Positions 1 through 9,528 of a stretch of 64,000 bases of DNA are shown here, in pieces. The notes under the pieces are model-generated. The model worked only from the letters and a program-made list of their open reading frames with translations, was not told the DNA's origin and did not search any database. A program made the position numbers and the translations under genes. Location of the stretch: the IMG/VR virus record IMGVR_UViG_3300030329_006602, positions 12,332 to 76,331 of that record; one strand, 5' to 3'. Position 1 is the stretch's first letter, and each line of letters starts with the position of its first letter. Origin of the DNA: a virus.

Positions 1-847
1 TTAACTGATTGGGTTCTTTGGCAAAACCACAACTTAAGGGCCCACCGAAGCTGCCATCACTCGGGTAGTTTTGTTTGGCGGCAAAGTTGCTGCAAGCCTC
101 TTCTTCTGTAAAGTTTTCGAGGTACTCCTGAACCTCCGTAAGATAGTACTCGAACCCCTCCAGCTCTTCTTCCGAAATGGGTTCCATACCCAAGAATCCC
201 TCTCCCTTTTCCCCTAATAGGTCGGGCTCCAGGTCAAACTTTAAAAATAAAAATTCTAGCTCCCGCTTGAGGTACTTGGGGTATAAATGTTTTACTGCTA
301 GAGAGTACATAAGGGCCTGGAGGTTATCCGTGGCCTCTTTACCCTTAAATTTAAACTTGCTGGTTTTGAAGTCTCTGATTATTGCCTTTTTCTTTTTTGA
401 ATATAAGAAGAGCTTGTCTATAAAACCGAGTATGTTGTATTTTTTTCCATCCTCATCCACCCTGATTGTGAATTTCTTTTCTGAAATGGCTGTCGTGGGC
501 TTTCCCTCGTCTTCGCCGAAGAAGTCGTACCGTAGGCCATTCATTATAAAATCATTTATCATGGATAGGTTTTCTTTATCGTCTACGTTTAGGGATTTTG
601 CCTGAATCATTACCATGCGAGCTACTGGACCGCAGTCCCAGATCTCCCCATCCTTAATAATTCTTTTATAGTGTTTTTTATGCCTTGGATTACCTAAGCA
701 TTCAAAAATGTTATGGCAAACGGAGCCGCGAGATGCTCCATCATTGCTTGAGTCTGGTAGTTTTAATTTATACTTAGACCAATAGAGCCAAGTGCATTGT
801 TGGGCAGTCTTGATTCGACTGGCGGAAAGTTTTACTTCAGCACTCAT
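1..847 (-). CDS. PD-(D/E)XK RecB/AddB/Cas4-like exonuclease (partial, runs off window start; not in ORF track)
   Basis: Manual translation from ATG at 847 (overlaps primase stop): MSAEVKLSASRIKTAQQC..RGSVCHNIFE..GFIDKLF..IIRDFKT..QALMY; frame open to position 2. Confidence 0.8.
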   Translation of the reverse strand, partial: MSAEVKLSASRIKTAQQCTWLYWSKYKLKLPDSSNDGASRGSVCHNIFECLGNPRHKKHYKRIIKDGEIWDCGPVARMVMIQAKSLNVDDKENLSMINDFIMNGLRYDFFGEDEGKPTTAISEKKFTIRVDEDGKKYNILGFIDKLFLYSKKKKAIIRDFKTSKFKFKGKEATDNLQALMYSLAVKHLYPKYLKRELEFLFLKFDLEPDLLGEKGEGFLGMEPISEEELEGFEYYLTEVQEYLENFTEEEACSNFAAKQNYPSDGSFGGPLSCGFAKEPNQL

Positions 848-1893
848 ACATTAAGGAGTTTATGATTCTTAAAAAGAGCCTTAGATATCTTGCGATCTTT
901 ATAGAGGGCTTTAGATAGGGTAGCTATTTGGGTAGCTTGATCGCTGGGATTAAGCTCTTTCAATTTGGTTTTCCATTGGGTAAAATCTTGGGGAGACATG
1001 TCTCCGAAATCGTTTTTTACAGGTAAGCATATTCTTAGTTTGTGTGGGTCAAAGTGGTTAAGTAGTTTGAGATAGTTTTTTATGGATGCATCTAATCCTC
1101 GATTGGATTCTTTGCCCATGTCGTTGTTGAATGCTATAATAATTTTCCGAGGGTTGATTTCTACCATTTCGCAAATAAGGGTGGGGGATATATCTAGACC
1201 AAATGACACAATTACATTGTTCAGTCCGTTTTGGTGGCAAGCTAGAAGATCCCCAATGCTTTCTACTAAAATTATCTCTCCCGCTCGTTCGATGACATCT
1301 CTAATTAATTCCTCTCCCGATTGGGGTACATATAGCGGGTATAGCCACGTAGACTTACGCCCTATATGTTTCCACTTAGGGCGATTGTCCTTATTTAACA
1401 TATCCCTTCCTGAGAAGCCATGAATTTGGCTGTTTTTATTAAAAATGGGGAAAACAAAACGTTGGTAAAGTTGTCCTCCCGTTGCCAATCCGCCCGCGAG
1501 AGATTTGAGTATGGGTTTATCTATTCCTTTTTGGAGATAGAAGTCGTAATGAGGGAGGAGTTTATCGAGGGTGGAGTTTTCGTATATTTTTTCCATTTCT
1601 ATTTTATCCCCCTTGTTGTGAGCCATGCCCAGTGTATCGAGGTCGGATTCCTTTAGGTATTGGGCTAGTATTTTTTTATCTTCAGTTCCAAGGGTTTGGG
1701 CTATCAGAACTTCAAATTTTAAGTACGGAGTATTGTTTACATAATCCCTCCACACCCCACTATCTTTATAGATCTGTAGCGCGGTTCTATTGTCACCATT
1801 TCTGAAAAGAGCATTGGTTTGCCAATACGATCCCCTATCATCAAGGCGATAGCCGAGGGATATCAAGGTGTCTTGAATTTTGTCAGGACTCAT
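844..1893 (-). CDS. dnaG: DnaG-type DNA primase (TOPRIM)
   Basis: RFVFPI..IHGFSGR..PKW; TOPRIM ILVESIGDL, IIIAFNND, KNDFGDM; adjacent to DnaB. Confidence 0.85.
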   Translation of the reverse strand: MSPDKIQDTLISLGYRLDDRGSYWQTNALFRNGDNRTALQIYKDSGVWRDYVNNTPYLKFEVLIAQTLGTEDKKILAQYLKESDLDTLGMAHNKGDKIEMEKIYENSTLDKLLPHYDFYLQKGIDKPILKSLAGGLATGGQLYQRFVFPIFNKNSQIHGFSGRDMLNKDNRPKWKHIGRKSTWLYPLYVPQSGEELIRDVIERAGEIILVESIGDLLACHQNGLNNVIVSFGLDISPTLICEMVEINPRKIIIAFNNDMGKESNRGLDASIKNYLKLLNHFDPHKLRICLPVKNDFGDMSPQDFTQWKTKLKELNPSDQATQIATLSKALYKDRKISKALFKNHKLLNV

Positions 1894-3404
1894 AGATCTA
1901 TTGCGATTTGATCTCCATCCTCATCGGGAACGGCATTAAGGCCCATACTGTCCACTTGATCCTGTAGGTCTCCCACTTCTTCAATCGAAAAATTACTGAA
2001 ATCTAAATTAATATGGTTCTTTCTCTTGGACCCGTCCTCCAGCTCCACTAGGTTAAGGGCTCGATGTACATTCTTTCCTAGGTGTCGATGTTTGAAGCAA
2101 CTTAAGACATGAGTACCGAACTGCGCTCCTTCGGCCTGAACCTCTTCATTGGTTTTGGAGCGTAAGTGGAACATGTGTGAACAGAATTGTATAATTCTGT
2201 CGGAGAGGGAGACGATGCTTTCATCGTCAAGAATATTTTCTACCCTACGATTGTTTGTAACCCCGCTGCGATTGCTTTGAACGCTGGTTATCATTGTGAT
2301 GGTGGGACCCTCAGAGGTAACAATTTCTTTTTGAATAAGGTTTTTAAAAGCTGTAACCATATTTCCTACCACTTCCCACTCCCTTTGGTTCTTTTGGATT
2401 GTGGCGTCGGTAGTTTTAATATAATCAAAACTAAAAATCATTTTATTTCCTCTTCCTACCTTTGAGTAGTAGAATCTCCTTAAGACATTAAGCATTGAGG
2501 AGATGTCCATTCCTGCCACGTTATAGTAGTAGAATCTAAACTTCTTTATTTGTGGCCACACGGCGCGTATTTTATCTACGCACTCTTGGTTGTATCTCCA
2601 TTCTCCTGTTTCTATAAGATGGAGGGGTACGCCCGAAAGTGCGGCGCACTGGCGCATGGTGAGCTCTTCTTGACTCATCTCGCCATTATCGAAATGTAGT
2701 ACGGGGATATTGTCATATTGCTGGGAGACCTTGGTTGCAAAATCTAAACAGAACGTCGTTTTTCCTACGCCTGCCCTGGCTACTACGACACTTATGTTGC
2801 CTGGACGCAGGAGAGATCCATAGAGATCATTAAGGCGAGAGTGGGGCCCCATCAGGCCAAATTCGGTAACAGGATTATTTCCTCTATCCTCCACCATTTC
2901 CTCCATAAGGGAAAAGATGTTTTCAGGGACTGTTCTTTCTACCGAGTAGGAATCTATTTGTTCATTGTAGATCTTGTCCGCAGTTTCCACTATCTCATCA
3001 AATGTGTGATCGCTGCCGAGGGATTGCATTTTTTTTGCTACCTTACGTGCGTTTTCAAAAATCTCACGCCTTACGGTGAATTTTTTGAGTTCTTTGGCGG
3101 CTGAGATTAATCCATCTCTAGATATCTTTCTCATACCTAGGGATTGAATGTAATGTGTTAGGTCTACGTTGTCCTCAAAAGATATATTGAATTGCTTGAC
3201 TCTTTGAGCGAGCACAACTTCGTCTAGCTCTTCTCCACTCTCTAGGGCCGCTCGTAGTACTCTGAATATGGTTTGGTGAACCTTGGTTTCTTCGGAGTAG
3301 AAGTCGTCGTCTCCAATACCTATAGATATTTCGGCATAAGCCTCGGGGTGTTGTATTAATCCAGCCAGCACATGCTGCTCAAGTTCTTTCGAATTTATTG
3401 ACAT
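1890..3404 (-). CDS. dnaB: Replicative DnaB-like helicase
   Basis: N-terminal ELEQHVLAGL/HQTIF; Walker A ARAGVGKTT; GEMS; FDYI; VQSNR; KHRH. Confidence 0.92.
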   Translation of the reverse strand: MSINSKELEQHVLAGLIQHPEAYAEISIGIGDDDFYSEETKVHQTIFRVLRAALESGEELDEVVLAQRVKQFNISFEDNVDLTHYIQSLGMRKISRDGLISAAKELKKFTVRREIFENARKVAKKMQSLGSDHTFDEIVETADKIYNEQIDSYSVERTVPENIFSLMEEMVEDRGNNPVTEFGLMGPHSRLNDLYGSLLRPGNISVVVARAGVGKTTFCLDFATKVSQQYDNIPVLHFDNGEMSQEELTMRQCAALSGVPLHLIETGEWRYNQECVDKIRAVWPQIKKFRFYYYNVAGMDISSMLNVLRRFYYSKVGRGNKMIFSFDYIKTTDATIQKNQREWEVVGNMVTAFKNLIQKEIVTSEGPTITMITSVQSNRSGVTNNRRVENILDDESIVSLSDRIIQFCSHMFHLRSKTNEEVQAEGAQFGTHVLSCFKHRHLGKNVHRALNLVELEDGSKRKNHINLDFSNFSIEEVGDLQDQVDSMGLNAVPDEDGDQIAIDL

Positions 3405-3410
3405 GAAGTA

Positions 3411-3439
3411 ATGATATCATTTATTACTTCAAATGTCAA
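3411..3439 (-). promoter_or_regulatory. sigma70-type promoter for dnaB (leaderless)
   Basis: TTGACA-17nt-TATCAT with extended TGn, 6 nt before ATG 3404. Confidence 0.75.
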
Positions 3440-3445
3440 GCATGT

Positions 3446-3733
3446 TTATACTTCAGGTTCGGAATCGTCTCCATCTAGACCTTCAAGGCCAATAGGCTTG
3501 TCAGCTTCTTCAAAATCGAGCACAAATTGTTCCAGCGCTTTTCTTAAGCCGAGTTCGATTATCTGATTGTCTGCTTTAAAGTAAACCATGGGCGCCCCAT
3601 CTTGATTAATGTGAAGAAGTAGGAAGCCTCTCGTACCCTCCGTGTTACCTGAGAATTCGTAAAGTTGCGTTATGAGTTTGGGGGGAAGGCTAAATGCAGG
3701 AAGGGCATCGGGATCGAAGTCCATATCTTTCAT
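3446..3733 (-). CDS. Hypothetical acidic protein
   Basis: Fits gene packing; GTGTA box 11 nt upstream. Confidence 0.7.
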   Translation of the reverse strand: MKDMDFDPDALPAFSLPPKLITQLYEFSGNTEGTRGFLLLHINQDGAPMVYFKADNQIIELGLRKALEQFVLDFEEADKPIGLEGLDGDDSEPEV

Positions 3734-3763
3734 ATATTATATATTACACGTAGATTAAGGTTT

Positions 3764-4171
3764 TTATAAAATCACTTTATTTTTCTTAAAGAACTCTTTG
3801 GTTATTTTGTCTTCGTCGTAAACCTCTATTAGTTGTATGTTGTTGAGCGCGCAGAACTCTAATTTCTGCTGATCTCTCCGCAGTTGGTTCAGGTAGTTCA
3901 TTTTAGTGCCGTGAAAAAAAGGCACATACTGAGTGTGCTGCCTTCCTTGTACTTCTATGGCTACTTTTTTATTGGCATTATAGAAATCAAAAGTCATACG
4001 AGTGCCTACCACAGGGAACTCCTCAAAAACAATATGATCCTTCCAGTAGGGCCGTAGAAAGGTTTTAACCGCCCTTTGTCGTTTGCTGCGACTTTTCCCC
4101 TTCCACTTTATTAAATGCTTTTTAGGGTGCCTCACGCCCTTTACAGAACCCGTGAGAGTTTTAAACTTCAC
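3764..4171 (-). CDS. Vsr/DUF559-like PD-(D/E)XK endonuclease
   Basis: FDFYNANKKVAIEVQGRQH..RDQQK..IQLIEV. Confidence 0.75.
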   Translation of the reverse strand: MKFKTLTGSVKGVRHPKKHLIKWKGKSRSKRQRAVKTFLRPYWKDHIVFEEFPVVGTRMTFDFYNANKKVAIEVQGRQHTQYVPFFHGTKMNYLNQLRRDQQKLEFCALNNIQLIEVYDEDKITKEFFKKNKVIL

Positions 4172-5264
4172 TTAGAAGGCTGTGAAAATAGTTAATTAAA
4201 AATTCTGTCAGCTTGGGGTTTTCTTCTAGTAGGAGGTTGAGCTTGTTTTCTCCTTGGATTTTTTCGGGACAATCAAATTCATTTTCTTTTAATAGTTCGA
4301 CGAACTCCTCGTCAAATGTTATCCATGCCCCCTTTTTCTGCAGGAAGCTCCATAGATAAAGCATGTCTATTATTTCCCTTTCTACCCAGACGGAGTTCCC
4401 CCCTTCCCTGCCATATTTAATAGGATATTCTAGGGTATAATTAGTTTTTTCGTTGGGAGATTTTTTAACTGTAACCTTTACATTATGTCCTAGAATAGGA
4501 TTCTTTTCCTTATCTATGGGTTGCGTGGGGTTGGGTAAAATTAAATCTTTTTTAAATCTGGGTTCAAACTCTAATATATAGTTTGCAAAGTGCAGTAGAG
4601 CGTTGCCCCCTGTAGCTGTCGTTTGGCGAATGGGGGCTTTGCTGTATGGGTCTAGTTTAATGTCTGCTCTAACTTGAGAAATAAAGAGGGCCATATGTCC
4701 TCTTTTGGCTAACGCTATACTCATTTTTTGCATAAACTTAGCTCCCAACAGGGCTCCGCCCGCAACCTTGTGGGCATCCGCAAAGTCTTTTTTTAAATCT
4801 TCTTTCATTATTAATCCATCTAAGGAGTCTAATACAAAGCAATACTTTACTTTGTCCTTGTTGTTTGAAACCAGGGTGCGCATAAGATCCAGAACGGTTT
4901 CATAAATATTGCTTTCTAAGACAAAACAGGTGCCGTTTTCCCATTCGCTTTCGTTAAAAACAAATTGGACTCCCGAGCGCTTTTTCATCTCAGGTGGAAG
5001 GCGCCCTTCGGCAGAAATTAAAAACCCTCTGGAATTGGGAACCTGCTTAAGAAAGTTTTTCATAACCTCTAGGGATTCAGATGTTTTTCCTCCCTCATTC
5101 ATTCCTACAAAACGGTGAAGCCCAGGGCCAAAGCCACCGCCTAGCTCGAAATCCACCTTCATACTGCCACTGGAAACTTTGTAGGTTACCTCCTCTTCAA
5201 AATTGTAGTGGTGTTCTTTGTTTTCTTTTAGAAAATTCTTTAATACTTCTGATGCCTGATCCAT
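4161..5264 (-). CDS. recA: RecA/UvsX recombinase (start reassigned to ATG 5264)
   Basis: SSGS..DFELGGG; Walker A GMNEGGKTS; SAE; VLDSL; FISQVR; TGGNALLHFA. Confidence 0.9.
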   Translation of the reverse strand: MDQASEVLKNFLKENKEHHYNFEEEVTYKVSSGSMKVDFELGGGFGPGLHRFVGMNEGGKTSESLEVMKNFLKQVPNSRGFLISAEGRLPPEMKKRSGVQFVFNESEWENGTCFVLESNIYETVLDLMRTLVSNNKDKVKYCFVLDSLDGLIMKEDLKKDFADAHKVAGGALLGAKFMQKMSIALAKRGHMALFISQVRADIKLDPYSKAPIRQTTATGGNALLHFANYILEFEPRFKKDLILPNPTQPIDKEKNPILGHNVKVTVKKSPNEKTNYTLEYPIKYGREGGNSVWVEREIIDMLYLWSFLQKKGAWITFDEEFVELLKENEFDCPEKIQGENKLNLLLEENPKLTEFLINYFHSLLSEV

Positions 5265-5265
5265 A

Positions 5266-5595
5266 TTATGATAAAAAGTCTTTAATTGTTTTAGGGGGTT
5301 TGCTAAATGATCTGTCTTCCCCCACCTTCTTTCCAAGATTATACTCCTTAGGGGGTGGTATGTCAAAATTAAATTCAAGATATTTCCTTCTCAACTCTCC
5401 CTTCCCGAAGTCCGTTTTGAGGTAGGCTAGACTGGGAAAAATAGTAGGGAATTTTACCTTGGCCCAAAACCGCGGGTTGTCAAATTCTGCCATAAGATCA
5501 TTTAGGAGTTTCATTTCCTTTGCCCAGAACGGGCGCTTGTTCTTTGTTGGTATTTCTACCAGTCTTGATATGATTTCCCTTTTATTTACCTTCAC
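5266..5595 (-). CDS. Hypothetical basic protein (start likely GTG 5595)
   Basis: Abuts recA; the track start at 5610 lies inside the promoter. Confidence 0.65.
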   Translation of the reverse strand: MKVNKREIISRLVEIPTKNKRPFWAKEMKLLNDLMAEFDNPRFWAKVKFPTIFPSLAYLKTDFGKGELRRKYLEFNFDIPPPKEYNLGKKVGEDRSFSKPPKTIKDFLS

Positions 5596-5601
5596 CCGTA
5601 T

Positions 5602-5630
5602 ATTATGCACGATAACGAGTCATTTGTCAA
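5602..5630 (-). promoter_or_regulatory. sigma70-type promoter of the recA operon
   Basis: TTGACA-17nt-CATAAT, 6 nt before GTG 5595. Confidence 0.75.
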
Positions 5631-5631
5631 G

Positions 5632-5665
5632 AAAAAAAGCCCCCTGAACATTACGTCCAGAGGGC
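5632..5665 (-). terminator. Intrinsic terminator after tmRNA
   Basis: GCCCTCTGGAC-loop-GTTCAGGGGGC followed by T7. Confidence 0.8.
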
Positions 5666-5681
5666 TTGAGGGGCGAGGGGA

Positions 5682-6085
<404 letters not shown>

Positions 6086-6091
6086 ATAAAA

Positions 6092-6139
6092 TTTTCAAAG
6101 ATCTAACTATAGTATACAACTATTTTTTATAAATGTCAA
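6092..6139 (-). promoter_or_regulatory. tmRNA promoter plus boxA-like leader
   Basis: TTGACA-17nt-TATACT, then GATCTTTGAAAA before the mature 5' end. Confidence 0.75.
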
Positions 6140-6146
6140 CTTATTT

Positions 6147-6851
6147 TTAAAAGAATTTCTTTTCTAGCTTCTCTATTATGAATTTTAAAATTTCACTTCT
6201 AAGGATGTCGTCCTTGTCGAATTCGAAGTATTCTATTCCTCTTTTTTTGCTTTCTTCATCATGAAAGATGTTTGCTATGTCCCTGAAGCCCGTCTTTCCG
6301 TTAATGTCACTCTGCAGAAAGTCTCCACAAATAAATAGCTTACTACCCTCTCCGATGCGAGTAATTAGGGTTACCAGTTCTTTGGCGGTAAAATTCTGCG
6401 CCTCGTCTGCTACTACTATTTTATTTTTCCAGTTGGCCCCCCTTAGGTAGTTAACGGGTATGGCTAATAACCTGTTGGATTTTCTTAAAGATTCTTGGTC
6501 TGCAGGCTTTAGCATTTCTTCTAGTTTATCGTATAGGGGGCGAAGGTATGGATCAAATTTTTCATCCGCATTGCCTGGGAGGGATCCCATATTTTTCTCA
6601 GCACTTTCGATAATAGTTCTTACATACAGTAAGTCGAGGTCCGTACTGCTAGAGAGCCAGCGGAGTGCCGAATATACTGCCATATAGGTTTTAGTTGAAC
6701 CTGCGGGGCCGCTCAGGAATATAATTTTAGTTTGTGCCGCCAAAGAAATGCGGAGAAAATCTTTTTGTTTTTCCGTGAGGCGGGGGGAATTTATTGATAA
6801 AGTTTGCTTAAGGGTGGGTATACGTTTTTTGTTATTTTTTTGGTTCGTCAC
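6147..6851 (-). CDS. phoH: PhoH-family ATPase
   Basis: GPAGSTKTY; GSLPG; EKFDPY; YLRG; DEAQN; TRIGEGSK; GDFLQSD. Confidence 0.92.
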   Translation of the reverse strand: MTNQKNNKKRIPTLKQTLSINSPRLTEKQKDFLRISLAAQTKIIFLSGPAGSTKTYMAVYSALRWLSSSTDLDLLYVRTIIESAEKNMGSLPGNADEKFDPYLRPLYDKLEEMLKPADQESLRKSNRLLAIPVNYLRGANWKNKIVVADEAQNFTAKELVTLITRIGEGSKLFICGDFLQSDINGKTGFRDIANIFHDEESKKRGIEYFEFDKDDILRSEILKFIIEKLEKKFF

Positions 6852-7176
6852 TTGATTTGCGATGTTTATAAAGTTTCACTGCCTTGTGGGTTAGGGCTGG
6901 AATCATGGGTAGTACGCAAATAAAGGCTATTCCTAAAATTAAGGCTCCAAAAATTTTTAAAGGAGCGGTGGTTGTATCGGGAGCTGTGGCTTGCTTTAGT
7001 TCGGCTTTATCAAGGCTTCCGTCTTTGTTGGTATCGATTTCATCAAAATCCTTGGGGGTAAGGTGATGTACAGCTTTGACAGGGGGCGGCACGGGATTAG
7101 GGGCGCGATTAGAAACGGGTGCCCGAAGCATGCAGCCTTGCAATAGAAGTGTAATCGCTAATAAAAGCTTGTTCAT
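6832..7176 (-). CDS. Lipoprotein with EF-hand and C-terminal TM helix (start ATG 7176)
   Basis: MNKLLLAITLLLQG-C lipobox; DTNKDGSLDKAE loop; hydrophobic IFGALILGIAFICVL. Confidence 0.7.
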   Translation of the reverse strand: MNKLLLAITLLLQGCMLRAPVSNRAPNPVPPPVKAVHHLTPKDFDEIDTNKDGSLDKAELKQATAPDTTTAPLKIFGALILGIAFICVLPMIPALTHKAVKLYKHRKSSDEPKK

Positions 7177-7212
7177 ATATAGTATATACACTACTATGGA
7201 CAAAAGATATAT

Positions 7213-8655
7213 CTAATCGGCTCGATGTCCTGGATTATAAGGCCCTATCGGCCTGGGAGTATCGGAAGGAGGCGGTGGAGTGGGGACTTCTTTTATTACT
7301 TCAATTTCCTTGATCACCTCCACCTCCTTAATGACTTCAACGGGAACCTCCACCTTCTTTTCTACCTCTTTAATCACTTCCACTTCCTTAATGACTTCGA
7401 CGGGAACCTCCACCTTCTTTTCCACTTCCTTAATGACTTCCACTTCCTTAATGACTTCGACGGGAACCTCCACCTTCTTTTCCACTTCCTTAATGACTTC
7501 CACTTCCTTAATGACTTCCACTTCCTTAATGACTTCCACGGGAACCTCCACCTCCTTGATAATTTCAACTTCCTTGATTAGGTCTGCCTTTTTTTTAAAC
7601 ATTTTAGCAAGGCTCACATTGGCAGCTATAACCAGAAGAATGGCGAGAGGATCAAAGACTAGCATGATTATTAATATAATTAATCTAACCGCTTGGTCGG
7701 ATTCTAGTTTGGTGCCACCCATATCCTGCACCGCTTCCGCCACATATTTTAGGGGCCCAATTTCGGCTTCCAGCGCCCGTATTTTTTCTCCATATTTTAG
7801 TTTTTCTTTTTGGAGTTCTTCTATATTGTCCATGGATAGGCGGATTTTATTATTAGCTTCATCTATTTGAGTATGTATCTCCTTGAGGTTCACACTGCTT
7901 TCGCTATGTCCCGCTTCCACGGAGTTTCGTATGGCAGCTATCTGCGTAGAGGTTTCCTTTCGGAATGTTTCTATGTTCGAGTTGTATGCCTTTAGGGTTG
8001 TTGTTATTTCTTGTCGCTCCTCAGCCTGTTGGCCTTTTAACTCCTCTAATTTCTTTTTCTTATTGGAGAACAAACCACCCCCTTGCTCCTCTAAGAGGGC
8101 GACGGCAGCGTCGAGCTCTTTACGTCGGTCGGTAAGTTTATCTATGCGCCCTTGCTCTATTGCAATATTTTTATCTAGACTTTCTAGTAGTTGAGCGACT
8201 CTTTTTTCTCCTCTGTCTGCGTCGATATCGCTCTGGCCAGAGTTGTATTGCAAGCGCTTTTCTGCCCCCGAGATATATTCCTCTTGCCTCTTTATGAGTT
8301 CGTTTTCTTTATTTATTTTTGTTTCAAGGGTGGCAATAAGGGTTTCTTCGTGGATGGCTTGAGATTGGTGTTCAATGTGGGACTTACTTAGGAATCCAAA
8401 GATTCCCATACTGGTTATACCCATAAGCACAATAACCGCAAAGGAGAGGTATGATTTAATTAATAAACTTGCCCGCTTCCAGTTTCTATGTAGCCAGACT
8501 GCTGCAATGATTTTGCCTATTTCAAGCACTATCCCCATTATTACTACGGAAATAAATGACCCAGGGAAAATCGTGGCCAAACCTAATATACTAAAATACG
8601 CCGCAACACATGAAATGCTCAGCGCCGAGACTAAAGTTGTTATTGCAAATACCAT
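7213..8655 (-). CDS. Membrane protein with long coiled coil and VEVIKE repeat tail
   Basis: Three N-terminal TMs, GIFGFLSKSH, coiled coil, EIGPLKY..FDPLAI TM, then repeats. Confidence 0.8.
   Translation of the reverse strand: MVFAITTLVSALSISCVAAYFSILGLATIFPGSFISVVIMGIVLEIGKIIAAVWLHRNWKRASLLIKSYLSFAVIVLMGITSMGIFGFLSKSHIEHQSQAIHEETLIATLETKINKENELIKRQEEYISGAEKRLQYNSGQSDIDADRGEKRVAQLLESLDKNIAIEQGRIDKLTDRRKELDAAVALLEEQGGGLFSNKKKKLEELKGQQAEERQEITTTLKAYNSNIETFRKETSTQIAAIRNSVEAGHSESSVNLKEIHTQIDEANNKIRLSMDNIEELQKEKLKYGEKIRALEAEIGPLKYVAEAVQDMGGTKLESDQAVRLIILIIMLVFDPLAILLVIAANVSLAKMFKKKADLIKEVEIIKEVEVPVEVIKEVEVIKEVEVIKEVEKKVEVPVEVIKEVEVIKEVEKKVEVPVEVIKEVEVIKEVEKKVEVPVEVIKEVEVIKEIEVIKEVPTPPPPSDTPRPIGPYNPGHRAD
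7295..7575 (-). repeat. Coding tandem repeat (18-bp EVIKEV units nested in 60-bp units)
   Basis: Lines starting 7321, 7381 and 7441 are nearly identical. Confidence 0.9.
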
Positions 8656-8673
8656 AACAGGTATTACACTATA

Positions 8674-8979
8674 TTACATTATATAGTAGCCCACTTCAGA
8701 TGCTCCCGCGAGGCTCCAGATTTCTTGTGCCTGAATAGGTGGATCTAATATGACGTCATTGGAAAAACTCACGGAAACCGTGTCTCCATTCGTGTCTTTA
8801 TAATCAAAGGCCGCGGACGCAGCGATCCACGTTATGTAAATATATTGACTTTTCCGTGGGAGCTCCCCCGCCTGCCAGGAACCACTGCCTGGGTAGTTTG
8901 GCGATCCTGCCCCAGTTACCATGCAAATGCGGGCAGTGTCGGGGTTGAGTGTGATTGGTGGTACTTGTGGATATCCCAT
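8674..8979 (-). CDS. Hypothetical, possibly virion protein
   Basis: GTGTA box 12 nt upstream; beta-rich composition. Confidence 0.65.
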   Translation of the reverse strand: MGYPQVPPITLNPDTARICMVTGAGSPNYPGSGSWQAGELPRKSQYIYITWIAASAAFDYKDTNGDTVSVSFSNDVILDPPIQAQEIWSLAGASEVGYYIM

Positions 8980-8995
8980 CTTACTTATTTATACA

Positions 8996-9202
8996 CTATA
9001 TTAATCCTAATGTGTCTCCTTTTCTACAATTACACCACTGCACTGAGCCTTGGGATGTCTTTTTTCTGCGCTTATACTGGCTATAACAAACGGCCGCGCG
9101 CTGTTTCTCGTCGGAATACTCCGATTTCATTATGTCATCACTCATGCAACGACTAACGAATTTGCTTTGTTCTTCTTGTTTATTTGGTTTGGGTATTGGC
9201 AT
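8996..9202 (-). CDS. Small phage protein
   Basis: MPIPKP..E..FVSRCM..EY.D.KQR.AVCY motif typical of phage head-associated proteins. Confidence 0.65.
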   Translation of the reverse strand: MPIPKPNKQEEQSKFVSRCMSDDIMKSEYSDEKQRAAVCYSQYKRRKKTSQGSVQWCNCRKGDTLGLI

Positions 9203-9528
9203 TATTCTATTTGTTTGAGGTATTCTCTCCTGAAGGTTTTGATGTTTTCTAGGAAGAAGGTTAATAAATAAGTTGTAGGAACGGGAGGATTGATTCCTGC
9301 TTCGGACTTCTCTTCGATGGTGGTTTTGCTGGCCACATTGACTGGAAACTCATCCTTTATCACTTGTGGAATGGCGACAGCGTCGGCCAATGCTACGGAA
9401 TTTCCGTTTTCATCCGCATATAAAAATCTCTTTAATGAAGTGGGTGGCTGATTGAGGCTCGCCACAGCAGCTGTTGCTCCAACGGGGGAGGTGGACGCTT
9501 TTTTTTCATTAGATTTTAATAGAGACAT
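9202..9528 (-). CDS. Hypothetical protein
   Basis: Stop/start coupling on both sides. Confidence 0.65.
   Translation of the reverse strand: MSLLKSNEKKASTSPVGATAAVASLNQPPTSLKRFLYADENGNSVALADAVAIPQVIKDEFPVNVASKTTIEEKSEAGINPPVPTTYLLTFFLENIKTFRREYLKQIE

Noticed and set aside
177-605. Plus-strand 142-aa ORF and similar antisense ORFs across the window
   Set aside because: Antisense to well-supported genes and without recognisable motifs
1890-5264. Inteins or introns in DnaB/RecA
   Set aside because: Normal lengths and no splice-junction or homing-endonuclease motifs
7295-7575. CRISPR array
   Set aside because: Contiguous in-frame repeats without unique spacers; no cas operon (the Cas4-like nuclease sits in the replication block)
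7225-7870. Thr/Ser-rich and other alternative-frame ORFs
   Set aside because: Shadows of the VEVIKE coding repeat
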